A DNA stretch of 64,000 nucleotides from Arcticibacter sp. (GCA_021155045.1 JAJNQB010000016.1:3109-67108), one strand, 5' to 3'. Shown: positions 20,490 through 31,305, counted from the first letter of the stretch. Notes: generated by a model not told the origin, from the letters alone. Made by a program: numbers and translations.

Positions 20490-21416
20490 ATGCAGAGTTT
20501 TGAATTAACTATTTTAGGTTGCAGCAGTGCAACTCCAACATCAAAAAGAAATCCTACCGCTCAGCTATTAAACATAGCTGAGCGGTTTTTTTTGATTGAT
20601 TGCGGTGAAGCAACGCAAATTCAATTACGGAAGTTTAAATTAAAATTTCAAAGGATAAATCACATTTTTATTAGCCATTTGCATGGCGACCATTATTTAG
20701 GTTTGGTGGGTTTGCTTGCTAGTATGCATTTGTTAGGAAGAACAACGGAGTTGCATTTGTATTGTCCTGAAGAGTTAAAAGAAATTATTGATATTCAACA
20801 TAAACATTCACAATCATATTTAAGCTATAAAATAGTATATCATTTTCATAAATACATTAACGAGGATATTTTATTTGAGGATGACAAGGTAATTGTAAAA
20901 GCAATAGTACTAAACCATCGAGTTCCGTGTTGTGGTTTTGTGTTTATTGAAAAACCTTTGATGGCGAATATTTTGCCTGAAACAATAAAAAAGTACGACA
21001 TTCCTACAGAAAAAATTTTTGATATTAAAAAAGGTGCCGATTTTAAATTGGCAGATGGAAAAATTATTCCTAATTCAGATCTTGTATTAAACAAGCATAA
21101 AACACGTAGCTATGCGTATTGTTCGGATACTTGCTACGATGAAACCTTAATCCCTTTTATTAAAAATGTTGATTTGCTTTATCACGAAGCCACTTTTATG
21201 AATGAAAAGGAAGAAAGAGCAAAAGAAACATTTCATTCTACCACTTCGCAAGCAGCAACAATAGCAAAAAAAGCAGAAGTAAGGCAATTAATGATAGGAC
21301 ATTATTCTGCTCGTTATAAAGACTTAAAACCTTTGCTAGCCGAAGCAAAGGCGGTTTTTGATAATACTATCTTAGCAATAGAAGGAGTATGTACAAGGGT
21401 TGATAATGTCATTTAA
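20490..21416 (+). CDS. rnz: ribonuclease Z (tRNA 3' endonuclease, MBL fold)
   Basis: HxHxDH motif (HLHGDHYLGL). 308 aa, typical of short-form RNase Z. Confidence 0.85.
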   Translation: MQSFELTILGCSSATPTSKRNPTAQLLNIAERFFLIDCGEATQIQLRKFKLKFQRINHIFISHLHGDHYLGLVGLLASMHLLGRTTELHLYCPEELKEIIDIQHKHSQSYLSYKIVYHFHKYINEDILFEDDKVIVKAIVLNHRVPCCGFVFIEKPLMANILPETIKKYDIPTEKIFDIKKGADFKLADGKIIPNSDLVLNKHKTRSYAYCSDTCYDETLIPFIKNVDLLYHEATFMNEKEERAKETFHSTTSQAATIAKKAEVRQLMIGHYSARYKDLKPLLAEAKAVFDNTILAIEGVCTRVDNVI

Positions 21417-21509
21417 TTTACTATTTTAGATTATATTTTCACCTTAGCTCATATTTATATCTGATATGAAAGAAAATAAATATCTTTTTATAGCACATCA
21501 ATAAAAATT

Positions 21510-23477
21510 ATGAATACTAATATAGAGGATTTAAAGAAAAGGATTGTTGAATTGGAGCGCGAAAACGCTATTTTGCGGAAGGACTTTAGTTTGATTCAAG
21601 AAAAAGAAACAGTTTCTGTGCCGGATAATGTTAAACCTATTTTTGACGCAGCACAAAAAATAGTGGGGGAGTATTTCAAAAATTTAAAAATGGAGCCATC
21701 CAAAGGAACCATTGAAATAAACGACCAACGCTATGTTTTGGTGAGAGCTTCAGCCTTATCAACAGATTTTTTGAATACAATTTTGAAATTATATTTTGAT
21801 AGAGGAAAAGATGAAGCTATGCTGATTGGCAAAAACTTTTTATTTGATATAGCTCATGTTATTGGAATAAACGATGCTAAAAATTTTCATTCTAAGATGA
21901 ATCTTATAAATCCTATCGAAAAGCTATCTGCAGGACCTGTTCATTTTGCTTATTCTGGCTGGGCTTATGTTGATATTTTGCCCGAAAGCAATCCTTCTCC
22001 TGATGATAATTATTATTTAATATATAACCACCCATTTTCATTTGAAGCCGATTCTTGGTTACGTTCTGGAAAAAATCCAGAAACAAATGTATGTGTTATG
22101 AATGCTGGTTATTCTTCTGGTTGGTGCGAAGAAAGTTTTGGAATGCCTTTAACAGCAGTAGAAGTAACTTGCAAAGCAAAAGGAGATGAAAATTGTACTT
22201 TTATCATGTCGCCTCCGCATAAAATACAAGAACATCTTGATAACTACACCCAAAAAGCAGGCTTTAAGGTTCAACAAAAAAACAGCTATAATGTTCCTAC
22301 TTTTTTTGAAAGAAAAAATATAGAAGAACAAATGCGTACAGCTCGTAAAAAAGCAGAAGAATCAGATAAGGCAAAATCAGAATTTTTGGCAAACATGAGT
22401 CATGAAATTCGAACACCACTGAATGCTATTATTGGTTATGTGGATATTATGTTGCAGGAAAAAGTGAATGATTCACATCGTTCATATCTTGAAATATTGA
22501 AAAACAGCGGGAGTTTGCTGCTTAATTTGATAAATGATATTCTTGATATTTCAAAAATAGAAGCTGGACAATTACTATTAGATGAACACCCTTGTTCTTT
22601 GTGTGAGCTTTTAAGCACTGTTGAATTAACTACAAAAGGCTTGATTAGTAAAGCGAACAAAGATATTAAATTAGAAAATGAATGTTCGTTTGATAAATCA
22701 TTTAATGTATTGCTTGATTCATATCGAATAAAACAAATATTACTTAATCTGTTGAGTAATGCTGTAAAATTTACTGATTCAGGTTCAATTAAATTTGGTG
22801 TGGAATTAACTAACAAGAAAGAATTAAAATTTTATGTATCAGATACCGGAATTGGAATTGACCAGAGCAAACAAAATAAAATTTTTGAAATGTTTTTGCA
22901 AGCAGATGCCTCAACAACCAGAGAATATGGAGGAAGTGGTTTAGGTTTAACCATTTCGAAAAAAATAATTGAAATGATGGGAGGTACAATTTATGTGCAA
23001 TCGGAGAAAGGAAGAGGAAGTAGTTTTTATTTTACAATCCCTTTTAAAGCAGCAAATCATGTTGGCATTTTAGATGCTCCTTCTGGGAAAATTGAAAGTA
23101 ATAGTAAGCAATCTATTTTATTGGTTGAAGATAATTTAATAAATCAAAAGCTTACTAAACTAATTTTAGAAAAAGCTGGTTTTGTTGTTGTAACCGCAAA
23201 TAATGGGCAAGAAGCAGTTGATTGTTTTAAGTCGAACAAAAATATTAAACTTATTTTGATGGATATTCAAATGCCTATTCTAGATGGGCTTTCAGCAACG
23301 CAAGTTATTCGGTATGATGAAATAGAAAATAGAATAGGGCGAATTCCTATTGTAGCTTTAACAGCAAATGCAATGCAAGGAGATAAAGAAAGATGTATCA
23401 ACGCGGGCTGTGATAGCTATTTGTCGAAACCTATTATGATGGAAGTTTTAATTAACACAATTAAAAGTTACATTTAG
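21510..23477 (+). CDS. cytoplasmic hybrid sensor histidine kinase / response regulator with N-terminal XylR-N/V4R-like sensor
   Basis: N-terminal coiled coil. A V4R-like signature (VEVTCKAKGDENCTFIMSP) is preceded by an XylR-N-like region. HisKA H-box ANMSHEIRTPLNAIIGY, an HATPase_c region (SDTGIGI, GGSGLGLTISK), and a C-terminal REC domain (ILLVEDNLINQKL, DIQMPILDG). No TM segments. Confidence 0.8.
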   Translation: MNTNIEDLKKRIVELERENAILRKDFSLIQEKETVSVPDNVKPIFDAAQKIVGEYFKNLKMEPSKGTIEINDQRYVLVRASALSTDFLNTILKLYFDRGKDEAMLIGKNFLFDIAHVIGINDAKNFHSKMNLINPIEKLSAGPVHFAYSGWAYVDILPESNPSPDDNYYLIYNHPFSFEADSWLRSGKNPETNVCVMNAGYSSGWCEESFGMPLTAVEVTCKAKGDENCTFIMSPPHKIQEHLDNYTQKAGFKVQQKNSYNVPTFFERKNIEEQMRTARKKAEESDKAKSEFLANMSHEIRTPLNAIIGYVDIMLQEKVNDSHRSYLEILKNSGSLLLNLINDILDISKIEAGQLLLDEHPCSLCELLSTVELTTKGLISKANKDIKLENECSFDKSFNVLLDSYRIKQILLNLLSNAVKFTDSGSIKFGVELTNKKELKFYVSDTGIGIDQSKQNKIFEMFLQADASTTREYGGSGLGLTISKKIIEMMGGTIYVQSEKGRGSSFYFTIPFKAANHVGILDAPSGKIESNSKQSILLVEDNLINQKLTKLILEKAGFVVVTANNGQEAVDCFKSNKNIKLILMDIQMPILDGLSATQVIRYDEIENRIGRIPIVALTANAMQGDKERCINAGCDSYLSKPIMMEVLINTIKSYI

Positions 23478-24599
23478 TTAAAACGTTTTTTCAATACTTT
23501 TCCAAAAAGCGTCTGCTGTTTTATCCCAACTAAAATCAAGTTTTTGTTTATTACCTTTTGCAATTAATATATTGCGCATGTCTTCGTCTTTATACAGATA
23601 AAGCATAGCATCGGAAATTGAATTAACAGAAAATGGATTAACTAAAAGCGCTGCATCACCTGCAACTTCGGGCATTGATGTAATGTTGCTGGTAATAACA
23701 GGAATTCCAGCATTCATAGCTTCTAGTATGGGTATTCCAAATCCTTCGAAATAAGGAACGTAAGTTAATGCTAATGCCGAGCCTAAAACATTTTTGAGTT
23801 CTTTTGTGCTAAGACGACCAGTAAAAATTACATCATCTTTGTGCTTCATATTGATAAAAGCACGTTTTATTTCGTTTGTCCAATAATATTTTTCTCCAAC
23901 CACAACAAGTTTAATTTTGCTTCCTGTAGCGTTTTTAAAAATATCAAAAGCTTCAAATAAGCGTTTTATGTTTTTTCTTGGGTGTAAGGAGCCAACATAT
24001 AAAAAATAATCTTCATCTTGAGAGTAAATGTGCTTGGTTGATTTTTTTGTTTCAGCAGACAAAACAGAATAAATTGTGTTACAGCCATTATAAATCACAT
24101 CAATATTTTTTTCGTTGATATGATATGTTGATGCAATATCTTTTTTTGAAAATTCAGATACGGTTGCGATACGGCTTGCTTTGTGTGCAAATTTTGGAAA
24201 ATAATACTTGTAATACTTACGAACCAAAAATGGTAAATCGTTTGGATAATGTTCGAAATTTAAATCATGTATTACAGCTAACTGTTTACATTTTGCATTC
24301 AATGATAAGTATCCATCGGGAGATAGGAATAAATTTGGTTTGTATTTATTTAAAAAATTAGCAACCGAATGTTCAAACCACCAATAAAAAAGAAATGGAT
24401 GCCTTGCTTGTGGCGACAAGATAACAGGAGTAATGTTGTCTGAGAAAATAAATTCTTCATCAAAATCTCTGTCAAACAAAAAAATAAAATGATGCTGAGG
24501 ATTGTTGTTTGTAATACGTTTCAATGTTTCGTAAGTAAACCAGCCAATTCCTTCAAGTTTGTCTTTTATTAATAGTCTGGTATTTACAACAATTTCCAT
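23478..24599 (-). CDS. glycosyltransferase family 4 (GT-B, retaining)
   Basis: C-terminal GT4 motif region [37 protein letters not shown]. Confidence 0.85.
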   Translation of the reverse strand: MEIVVNTRLLIKDKLEGIGWFTYETLKRITNNNPQHHFIFLFDRDFDEEFIFSDNITPVILSPQARHPFLFYWWFEHSVANFLNKYKPNLFLSPDGYLSLNAKCKQLAVIHDLNFEHYPNDLPFLVRKYYKYYFPKFAHKASRIATVSEFSKKDIASTYHINEKNIDVIYNGCNTIYSVLSAETKKSTKHIYSQDEDYFLYVGSLHPRKNIKRLFEAFDIFKNATGSKIKLVVVGEKYYWTNEIKRAFINMKHKDDVIFTGRLSTKELKNVLGSALALTYVPYFEGFGIPILEAMNAGIPVITSNITSMPEVAGDAALLVNPFSVNSISDAMLYLYKDEDMRNILIAKGNKQKLDFSWDKTADAFWKSIEKTF

Positions 24600-24644
24600 T
24601 GTATTTATTATTTGTGAACGAAATTATAATATTTTTGCAAGCGA

Positions 24645-25379
24645 ATGAAAAATGCTGTAAAATATATTCTTCATAAACTACTTGGTTTTAAAAATTATTT
24701 ATTTGTTTTTTCTCTTTTTAAAATTTATACGCTAAAACGAGATAAAAATGAAAAAGATTTTTTTCACTTTTTAAAGTTAATTCCTAATAATTCCACCGTG
24801 CTTGATATTGGTGCAAATATTGGTATTATGACGGCTCATTTGGCTAAAACAATAAAAAACACAACGGTGTTTGCATTTGAACCTATGCCTAACAACATAA
24901 TAGCATTTAAACGAATTGTAAACTATTTAAAACTCAATAATGTTGTGCTTTTTGAAGTTGCACTAGGAAATACAGAAGGGGAGGTAGAAATGGTGATGCC
25001 TGTAATTTCAAATGTGCGTATGCAAGGATTAAGTCATGTAGTTCATGATTCAATTACTGAAAACAATGAAGGCGAGAAAGTTAAAGTTCCGCTAAAAAAA
25101 ATAGATTTAATGCCTGAAATAATAAATTCAGAAAAAAGAATCAGTGCAATAAAAATTGATGTTGAAAATTTCGAATTTTTTGTATTAGATGGAGCTAAAG
25201 AAACAATATTAAAAAATAAACCTGTTGTTTATGCTGAGCTATGGGATAATGAAAATCGCTATAATTGTTTTAACTTATTTAAAGCGTTGAATTACAAAAC
25301 TTTTGTTGTAATCAAAAATCAACTAGTAGAATTTGATTCTAGAATACATCAAAAACAAAATTTTATCTTCTTACCTTAA
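24645..25379 (+). CDS. FkbM family methyltransferase
   Basis: SAM-binding VLDIGANIGIMT, and a conserved FAFEP motif typical of FkbM-family MTases in glycan loci. Confidence 0.75.
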   Translation: MKNAVKYILHKLLGFKNYLFVFSLFKIYTLKRDKNEKDFFHFLKLIPNNSTVLDIGANIGIMTAHLAKTIKNTTVFAFEPMPNNIIAFKRIVNYLKLNNVVLFEVALGNTEGEVEMVMPVISNVRMQGLSHVVHDSITENNEGEKVKVPLKKIDLMPEIINSEKRISAIKIDVENFEFFVLDGAKETILKNKPVVYAELWDNENRYNCFNLFKALNYKTFVVIKNQLVEFDSRIHQKQNFIFLP

Positions 25380-25400
25380 TAAAATCAGTATTTTTGCCAC

Positions 25401-26843
25401 ATGCAAAAAAAGTTTGTTGCCAATTTAGCATTGCTTTTATTTATGAATTTACTCATCAAACCAATTTATATATTGGGTGTTGATAGAGCAATTCAAGTAG
25501 AAGTAGGCGCTGCAAACTATGGAATTTACTTCGCAATTTTCAATTTTACGTTTTTACTTACAATTATTCTTGATTTTGGAATAACCAATTTTAATAATAA
25601 AAATATTGCACAAAACAATCATCTACTCACAAAACATTTTTCCAGTTTAGTAGGCTTAAAACTTTTGCTAGCACTAGCTTATATTGTTATTTGTATTATT
25701 GCTGGTATAGTAATTGGTTACGATACAAGGCTTATTAAATTATTATTAGTTCAAGGATTTAATATGTTTTTAGTGTTCTTCATTCTTTATTTAAGATCCA
25801 ATTTAGCTGGTTTACATTTGTTTAAAACGGATAGTGTCGTATCTGTTTTGGATAGGTTAATTCTTATTGTTTTGTGTGTGGTAATGCTAAAAAAAGGTGT
25901 TTTTAAAGGAGAAGACGGAATTATGTATTTTGTTTATGCACAAACTTTTTCGTACTTACTCACAACCATTATTGCATTTTTTATTATTCTAAGTAAGACT
26001 ACTTCTTTTAAATTAAAATTTGACAAAACATTTTCTTTAATGATTTTAAAAAAGAGTTTGCCTTTTGCCATACTTACACTATTAATGTCGTTTTATAACC
26101 GTATTGATACAGTAATGATTGAGCGTATGCTTGATGATGGCGATGTTCAATCGGGTATTTATGCTCAGGCTTTTAGGATATTGGATGCAACCAACATGAT
26201 TGCTTTTTTAACGGCAGGCATGTTGTTGCCAATTTTTTCTCGTATGCTTAAATACAAAGAATCAATAGAACCACTAGTAAAACTGATAAGCACCTTATTA
26301 CTCACTCCAGCAATCGTTATTGGGATAGGTTGCCTGTTTTTTAGACAGGAATTAATGGAATTGATGTACAAAGAGCATATTGCTGAATCTGCAAAAATAT
26401 TTGGCTTGCTAATGATGAGTTTTATAGCAGTTTCAACAACTTATATTTTTGGCACCTTACTTACAGCAAATGGGAATATGCGTCAGTTGAATTATATGGC
26501 AGCCTCTGGAATGCTATTCAACATTACACTAAATTATTTTTTAATTATAAAATTTGAAGCTTTTGGTTCGGCAGTATCTAGTTTAATTACTCAATTTTTA
26601 ACGGCAGGCATTCAAGTAATTATAGCTCAACGTATATTTAAGTTCAAAGTCAATTTTAGGCTGATCAATACTTTTATTGTTTTTACTGCAGGCATTATTG
26701 CTATCAATTATGCTACACACGAGCTTTTGAGCTTTCATTGGATGGTTAAATTTATGATGATGACATCTTGCTCTATTGTATGGGCATTTATTACAGGAAT
26801 CATCAGTTTAAAATCGATGTTCCGTATAATGAAATACGGATAA
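25401..26843 (+). CDS. oligosaccharide/polysaccharide flippase (Wzx-like, MOP superfamily)
   Basis: 480 aa with about 12-14 TM helices. Topology and size are typical of polysaccharide biosynthesis (Wzx) proteins; it lies within a glycan locus. Confidence 0.7.
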   Translation: MQKKFVANLALLLFMNLLIKPIYILGVDRAIQVEVGAANYGIYFAIFNFTFLLTIILDFGITNFNNKNIAQNNHLLTKHFSSLVGLKLLLALAYIVICIIAGIVIGYDTRLIKLLLVQGFNMFLVFFILYLRSNLAGLHLFKTDSVVSVLDRLILIVLCVVMLKKGVFKGEDGIMYFVYAQTFSYLLTTIIAFFIILSKTTSFKLKFDKTFSLMILKKSLPFAILTLLMSFYNRIDTVMIERMLDDGDVQSGIYAQAFRILDATNMIAFLTAGMLLPIFSRMLKYKESIEPLVKLISTLLLTPAIVIGIGCLFFRQELMELMYKEHIAESAKIFGLLMMSFIAVSTTYIFGTLLTANGNMRQLNYMAASGMLFNITLNYFLIIKFEAFGSAVSSLITQFLTAGIQVIIAQRIFKFKVNFRLINTFIVFTAGIIAINYATHELLSFHWMVKFMMMTSCSIVWAFITGIISLKSMFRIMKYG

Positions 26844-26919
26844 AAACTACTGAATTATCTATTTTTTGCTATTTTTGTCGTCCTTAATTCATACAGACGT
26901 ACTCAAATAAAAATAGCTC

Positions 26920-27933
26920 ATGAACAAGCAATCAAACGAAGCGGAAGATTTTAATTCTTTAAACGTATTGTTTTTTATTTATAAATGGAAAAAACAGTTG
27001 GCAATCATTGCTATAGCTGCTGTTATAATATCTAGTATAGTTTCATTAACGATACAGGAAAAATACAAATCAACAGTGATTTTGTTTCCTGCAACTACCA
27101 ATTCCATTTCTGGTGCTTTATTATCCGAAACAAATGCTCAAAAAACAGACGTTTTGCAGTTTGGAGAAGAGGAAGAAGCAGAACAAATGCTACAAATACT
27201 AAATTCTGATGAAATTCGCTCTCAGGTTTGTGAAAAGTATAATCTTATGGCTCATTATGGCATTGATTCTACTGATAAGTATAAAAGAACTAAACTTTAT
27301 GAGGAATACCAAAGCAATATCAGTTTTAAACGTACAGAATACATGTCTGTTAAAATTGAAGTTTTAGACAAAGACCCCAATTTAGCTTCAGAAATTGCCA
27401 ATGATATTGCTGCATTGCATGACTCTACAAAAATTCATATTCAACGTCAGCGTGCAAATGAAGGATTTAAAATTGTATCGACTGAGTATAACAATAAATT
27501 AGTTGAAATTCAAACACAGGAAGACTCCTTGCGAGCAATCAATAGAAAAGGGGTTTATGATTATGAGTCACAATCGGAAGTTACAAACGAACAATATGCC
27601 ATCGCGATTTCAAAAGGAGACCAAAGAGCAGTAAAAGCATTAGAAGAAAAATTGAAAATTCTTGCGGAGTACGGAAGTGCTTACATTTCGTTGCGCGATA
27701 ATATGTACATGCAACGAAAACAATTGAATATTTTAAAATCTAAGTTAGAAGAAGCCCGTGTAAATGCTACTCAAACATTACCACAAAAGTTTATTGTTAG
27801 CAACGCTTATCCTGCTGAGCGAAAATCATATCCAGTAAGATGGTTGATTGTTTTAGCATCTACTGTTACAACATTAATTTTAGCATTAATAGCAATTTTA
27901 TTATTAGAAAACATAAAACAATACAAAAAATGA
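26920..27933 (+). CDS. polysaccharide chain-length determinant-like protein (Wzz/PCP-like), paralog 1
   Basis: An N-terminal TM (after about 25 aa), a large coiled-coil-rich periplasmic-type domain, and a C-terminal TM (KSYPVRWLIVLASTVTTLILALIAILL). This architecture is typical of PCP-1 proteins. Confidence 0.5.
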   Translation: MNKQSNEAEDFNSLNVLFFIYKWKKQLAIIAIAAVIISSIVSLTIQEKYKSTVILFPATTNSISGALLSETNAQKTDVLQFGEEEEAEQMLQILNSDEIRSQVCEKYNLMAHYGIDSTDKYKRTKLYEEYQSNISFKRTEYMSVKIEVLDKDPNLASEIANDIAALHDSTKIHIQRQRANEGFKIVSTEYNNKLVEIQTQEDSLRAINRKGVYDYESQSEVTNEQYAIAISKGDQRAVKALEEKLKILAEYGSAYISLRDNMYMQRKQLNILKSKLEEARVNATQTLPQKFIVSNAYPAERKSYPVRWLIVLASTVTTLILALIAILLLENIKQYKK

Positions 27934-27945
27934 ACACAGGAGCCG

Positions 27946-29076
27946 GTGAGGGCTTCCATAATACGGCACAACAAAGTAAAAGACTACAAACCTGATATTG
28001 AAAGCAAAGAAATAGAAAGACAGGTAGAAACAAAAATTGAAACTATTGAAGTACAAAATAATAGTTCACAAAAGCTTAAAGAAAAGATAAACGAAATAAT
28101 TACAAAAATAAAAGAAGAACCAATGCAAGAAGAATACAAAGAAAGTACTTACTATTTTATACGGGTAATACTTCGATGGAAAATGCAGTTTATAATTATA
28201 TCGGCTGCTGCCATTGTGTTATCTGTACTATTTTCAAGTGAATGGTTTATAAAACCAAAGTACAAATCATCTGCTATTATTTATCCATCCAATATAATCC
28301 CTTACAGTAGCGAAAGTCCCTCAGAGCAAATGCTGCAATTATTAGAATCTGCTGATATTAGAGATGCTCTTGTAAAAAAATATAATTTGGCAGAACACTA
28401 TAATATTGACACCACTGAAAATGGAGGAATATCTAAATTGGTTAATAGTTACGAATCAAATGTTGAAATTAGAAGAACACAATTTGAATCAATTGAAATA
28501 AAAGTTTTAGATGAAAACCCAGGTATAGCTTGTTCAATGGTAAATGAAATTGTAGAGCAATTAAATTTAAAAGCGAGAGCTTTACAACGAGAAAAAACAT
28601 CGGAAGTGCTCGTTATTGTTGAAAATCAATTAAAGCACAAACAAGTTGCATTGGATTCAATTGATAAAGTTTTGAAAGAACTTAGGATTAAATATCAAAT
28701 ATTAGATTATGAAGTACAATCAAAAGAAGTAACCAAAGCATATTTAAAATCTTTAGCAAATGGTAAAAACAAAATACAGGATATTGATGCAATGATGCGA
28801 AACCTGGAAGAAAAAGGAGGAGAATATTACGAAGCTAAAAAAACGTATGACACACACTTGGGAAGTTATAATGCTACACGGTTAGAATATGATAATGTTT
28901 TAAAAGATTTAACAAAAGAATTGACTTATACTAATGTGGTTACTAAGCCTAGTATAGCGGATAAAAAGTCTTATCCTGTTCGTTGGTTAATAGTTACAAT
29001 TTCTTTTTTTGCGTCTAATATGTTTTTATTTCTGATGGCTTTGATTTTTGACATCAGAAAAAAACTAGCAGCATAA
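27946..29076 (+). CDS. polysaccharide chain-length determinant-like protein (Wzz/PCP-like), paralog 2
   Basis: Clear paralog of 26920..27933 (EQMLQLLESADIRDALVKKYNLAEHYNID vs EQMLQILNSDEIRSQVCEKYNLMAHYGID; C-terminal KSYPVRWLIV). The ORF-track start is GTG. An ATG at 28123 would give an N-terminus congruent with paralog 1, but the upstream 59 codons are stop-free. Confidence 0.5.
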   Translation: MRASIIRHNKVKDYKPDIESKEIERQVETKIETIEVQNNSSQKLKEKINEIITKIKEEPMQEEYKESTYYFIRVILRWKMQFIIISAAAIVLSVLFSSEWFIKPKYKSSAIIYPSNIIPYSSESPSEQMLQLLESADIRDALVKKYNLAEHYNIDTTENGGISKLVNSYESNVEIRRTQFESIEIKVLDENPGIACSMVNEIVEQLNLKARALQREKTSEVLVIVENQLKHKQVALDSIDKVLKELRIKYQILDYEVQSKEVTKAYLKSLANGKNKIQDIDAMMRNLEEKGGEYYEAKKTYDTHLGSYNATRLEYDNVLKDLTKELTYTNVVTKPSIADKKSYPVRWLIVTISFFASNMFLFLMALIFDIRKKLAA

Positions 29077-29083
29077 ATATAAA

Positions 29084-30517
29084 ATGCTTCAACAAAAAAA
29101 TATAAAATGGGTGTTTACATTGAGTATAGCATTTATGCTAATTAATGCTTTATGCATCTATTTTGAATTTTATTATTTGAATTTATTGCCTGCTGCATTA
29201 CTTATTGTTTTTTTAGCATTATTCTCTATTGATAAATTGGTGTTGGTTGTCGTTTTTCTTACCCCATTTGCAGTTAATTTGCAGCATCTTGAAGGAGGAT
29301 TGGGGCTAAGCTTGCCAACAGAGCCAATTATTTTTGGAATAATGTTGGTTTATATTTTTAAACAACTTCACAAATCATCCATTGATTCATCTATTTTAAA
29401 ACATCCAATAACCATTTCAATTTTAATTTATTTGCTGTGGATATTTATTACTTCTATTACAAGCGAATTTCCAGTTGTTTCTTTCAAGTTTTTAGTTTCA
29501 AGATTATGGTATATAATTGTGTTTTACTTTTTAGGAACACAAATATTTAAAAACTATTCCCATATAAAAAGGTTTGTATGGTTATATATTATTGCTTTTA
29601 CAGCAATCATTTTTTATACTTTGTACAACCATTATTTGGTAAGTTTCGATGAGCAAATAGCAAATTATATCATGTCGCCATTTTACAATGATCACACTGT
29701 ATATGGCGCAATGTTAGCAATGTTTTTTCCGTTTTTAATATTTTTTACATTCAATAAAAAATACCCTGCAAGTATAAAATTCGCTTCCTTTTTGTTACTC
29801 CTTATCTTTATTATTGCTTTGGTATTCAGCTATACAAGGGCTGCATGGCTTAGTTTGGTTGCTGCTCTTTTAATGTATTTTATTTTACTGTTAAAAATTA
29901 GGTTTAATACCTTGCTTATTTTTGCGTCTTTAATTGCAGCTGTATTGTTGATATATCGAACGGAAATAGTAATGAAACTTGAAAAAAATCGTCAAGATGC
30001 ATCTCAAGATTTTGATAAACACATTGAATCCATTTCTAATATTTCTACTGATGCTTCTAACTTAGAACGACTGAATCGTTGGAGTGCAGCATTTAGAATG
30101 TTTGAAGAACGCCCTGTTTTAGGTTGGGGACCCGGTACTTATTCTTTTGTTTATGCTCCTTTTCAACATGCAAATGAAAAAACAATTATTAGTACAAATA
30201 TGGGAGATAGAGGAAATGCTCATAGCGAGTACATTGGTCCATTATGTGAATCAGGGGTGTTGGGAGCATTAACATTTATTGCGATAGTAATTTGTGTTTT
30301 ATCTACTGGATTTCGATTATACTATACTATTTCTGATAGAGAATTAAAAAACATTGTTCTTGTAATTTTACTTGGCTTTGTAACCTATATTGTTCACGGA
30401 GGATTAAATAACTTTCTTGATACAGATAAAGCATCTGTCCCTTTTTGGGGATTTGTTGCTATGCTTGTTACTATTGATGTTTATCATAAGCATCAAAAAG
30501 AAATTGAAAATAAATAA
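29084..30517 (+). CDS. O-antigen ligase / polymerase family protein (Wzy_C domain)
   Basis: 477 aa multi-TM protein with the O-antigen ligase signature region (YTRAAWLSLVAALLMYF) and a large periplasmic loop (GDRGNAHSEYIGPLCESG). Confidence 0.7.
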   Translation: MLQQKNIKWVFTLSIAFMLINALCIYFEFYYLNLLPAALLIVFLALFSIDKLVLVVVFLTPFAVNLQHLEGGLGLSLPTEPIIFGIMLVYIFKQLHKSSIDSSILKHPITISILIYLLWIFITSITSEFPVVSFKFLVSRLWYIIVFYFLGTQIFKNYSHIKRFVWLYIIAFTAIIFYTLYNHYLVSFDEQIANYIMSPFYNDHTVYGAMLAMFFPFLIFFTFNKKYPASIKFASFLLLLIFIIALVFSYTRAAWLSLVAALLMYFILLLKIRFNTLLIFASLIAAVLLIYRTEIVMKLEKNRQDASQDFDKHIESISNISTDASNLERLNRWSAAFRMFEERPVLGWGPGTYSFVYAPFQHANEKTIISTNMGDRGNAHSEYIGPLCESGVLGALTFIAIVICVLSTGFRLYYTISDRELKNIVLVILLGFVTYIVHGGLNNFLDTDKASVPFWGFVAMLVTIDVYHKHQKEIENK

Positions 30518-30528
30518 AACAAAATTAT

Positions 30529-31305
30529 ATGACATCTATTAAATCTGAATTGATAAATGGTGTATTAAAACTTACATTAAATCGCCCCGATAAATTTAAC
30601 AGTTTCAATAGAGAAATGGCTTTAGCTCTACAAACACAGTTAGATATAGCTAAACAAGATAAAAAAGTAAGAGCAATTTATATTACGGGTGAAGGAAAAG
30701 CTTTTTGCGCAGGACAAGATTTATCAGAAGCCATAGATGATTCAGGACCAGGGATAGAAACCATTGTTAAAGAACATTATAATATCATTATTCAAAAATT
30801 AAGATATTTAGAGAAACCAGTAATTTGTGCCGTAAATGGTGTTGCTGCTGGAGCAGGTGCAAACATTGCATTGGCTTGTGATATTGTTGTGGCGGGCAAT
30901 TCAGCTTCATTTATTCAAGCATTTAGTAAAATTGGTTTAATACCCGATAGCGCTGGAACATTTTTTTTACCACGATTGGTAGGTTTTGGAAAAGCCTCTG
31001 CACTGATGATGTTAGGAGACAAGGTAACCGCTATTGATGCCGAAAAAATGGGAATGATTTATAAAGTTACTGAAGATGCTAATCTGCAAACAGAAGCATT
31101 TGAATTAGCAAAGGCTCTTGCTGAAATGCCAACGTATGCAATTGGTTTAACAAAAAAATTAATCAATCATTCATTGTTTAGTACTCTCGAAAATCAATTG
31201 ATTTCAGAAGCGCATGAGCAAGTAAAAGCTGCTAGAAGTTACGACTACAAAGAAGGAGTAAATGCCTTTTTAGAAAAAAGAAAACCTGTTTTTAAAGGAG
31301 AGTAG
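30529..31305 (+). CDS. enoyl-CoA hydratase/isomerase (crotonase family)
   Basis: Crotonase signature ITGEGKAFCAGQDL and the oxyanion-hole region VNGVAAGAGANIALACDIVVA. Confidence 0.85.
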   Translation: MTSIKSELINGVLKLTLNRPDKFNSFNREMALALQTQLDIAKQDKKVRAIYITGEGKAFCAGQDLSEAIDDSGPGIETIVKEHYNIIIQKLRYLEKPVICAVNGVAAGAGANIALACDIVVAGNSASFIQAFSKIGLIPDSAGTFFLPRLVGFGKASALMMLGDKVTAIDAEKMGMIYKVTEDANLQTEAFELAKALAEMPTYAIGLTKKLINHSLFSTLENQLISEAHEQVKAARSYDYKEGVNAFLEKRKPVFKGE

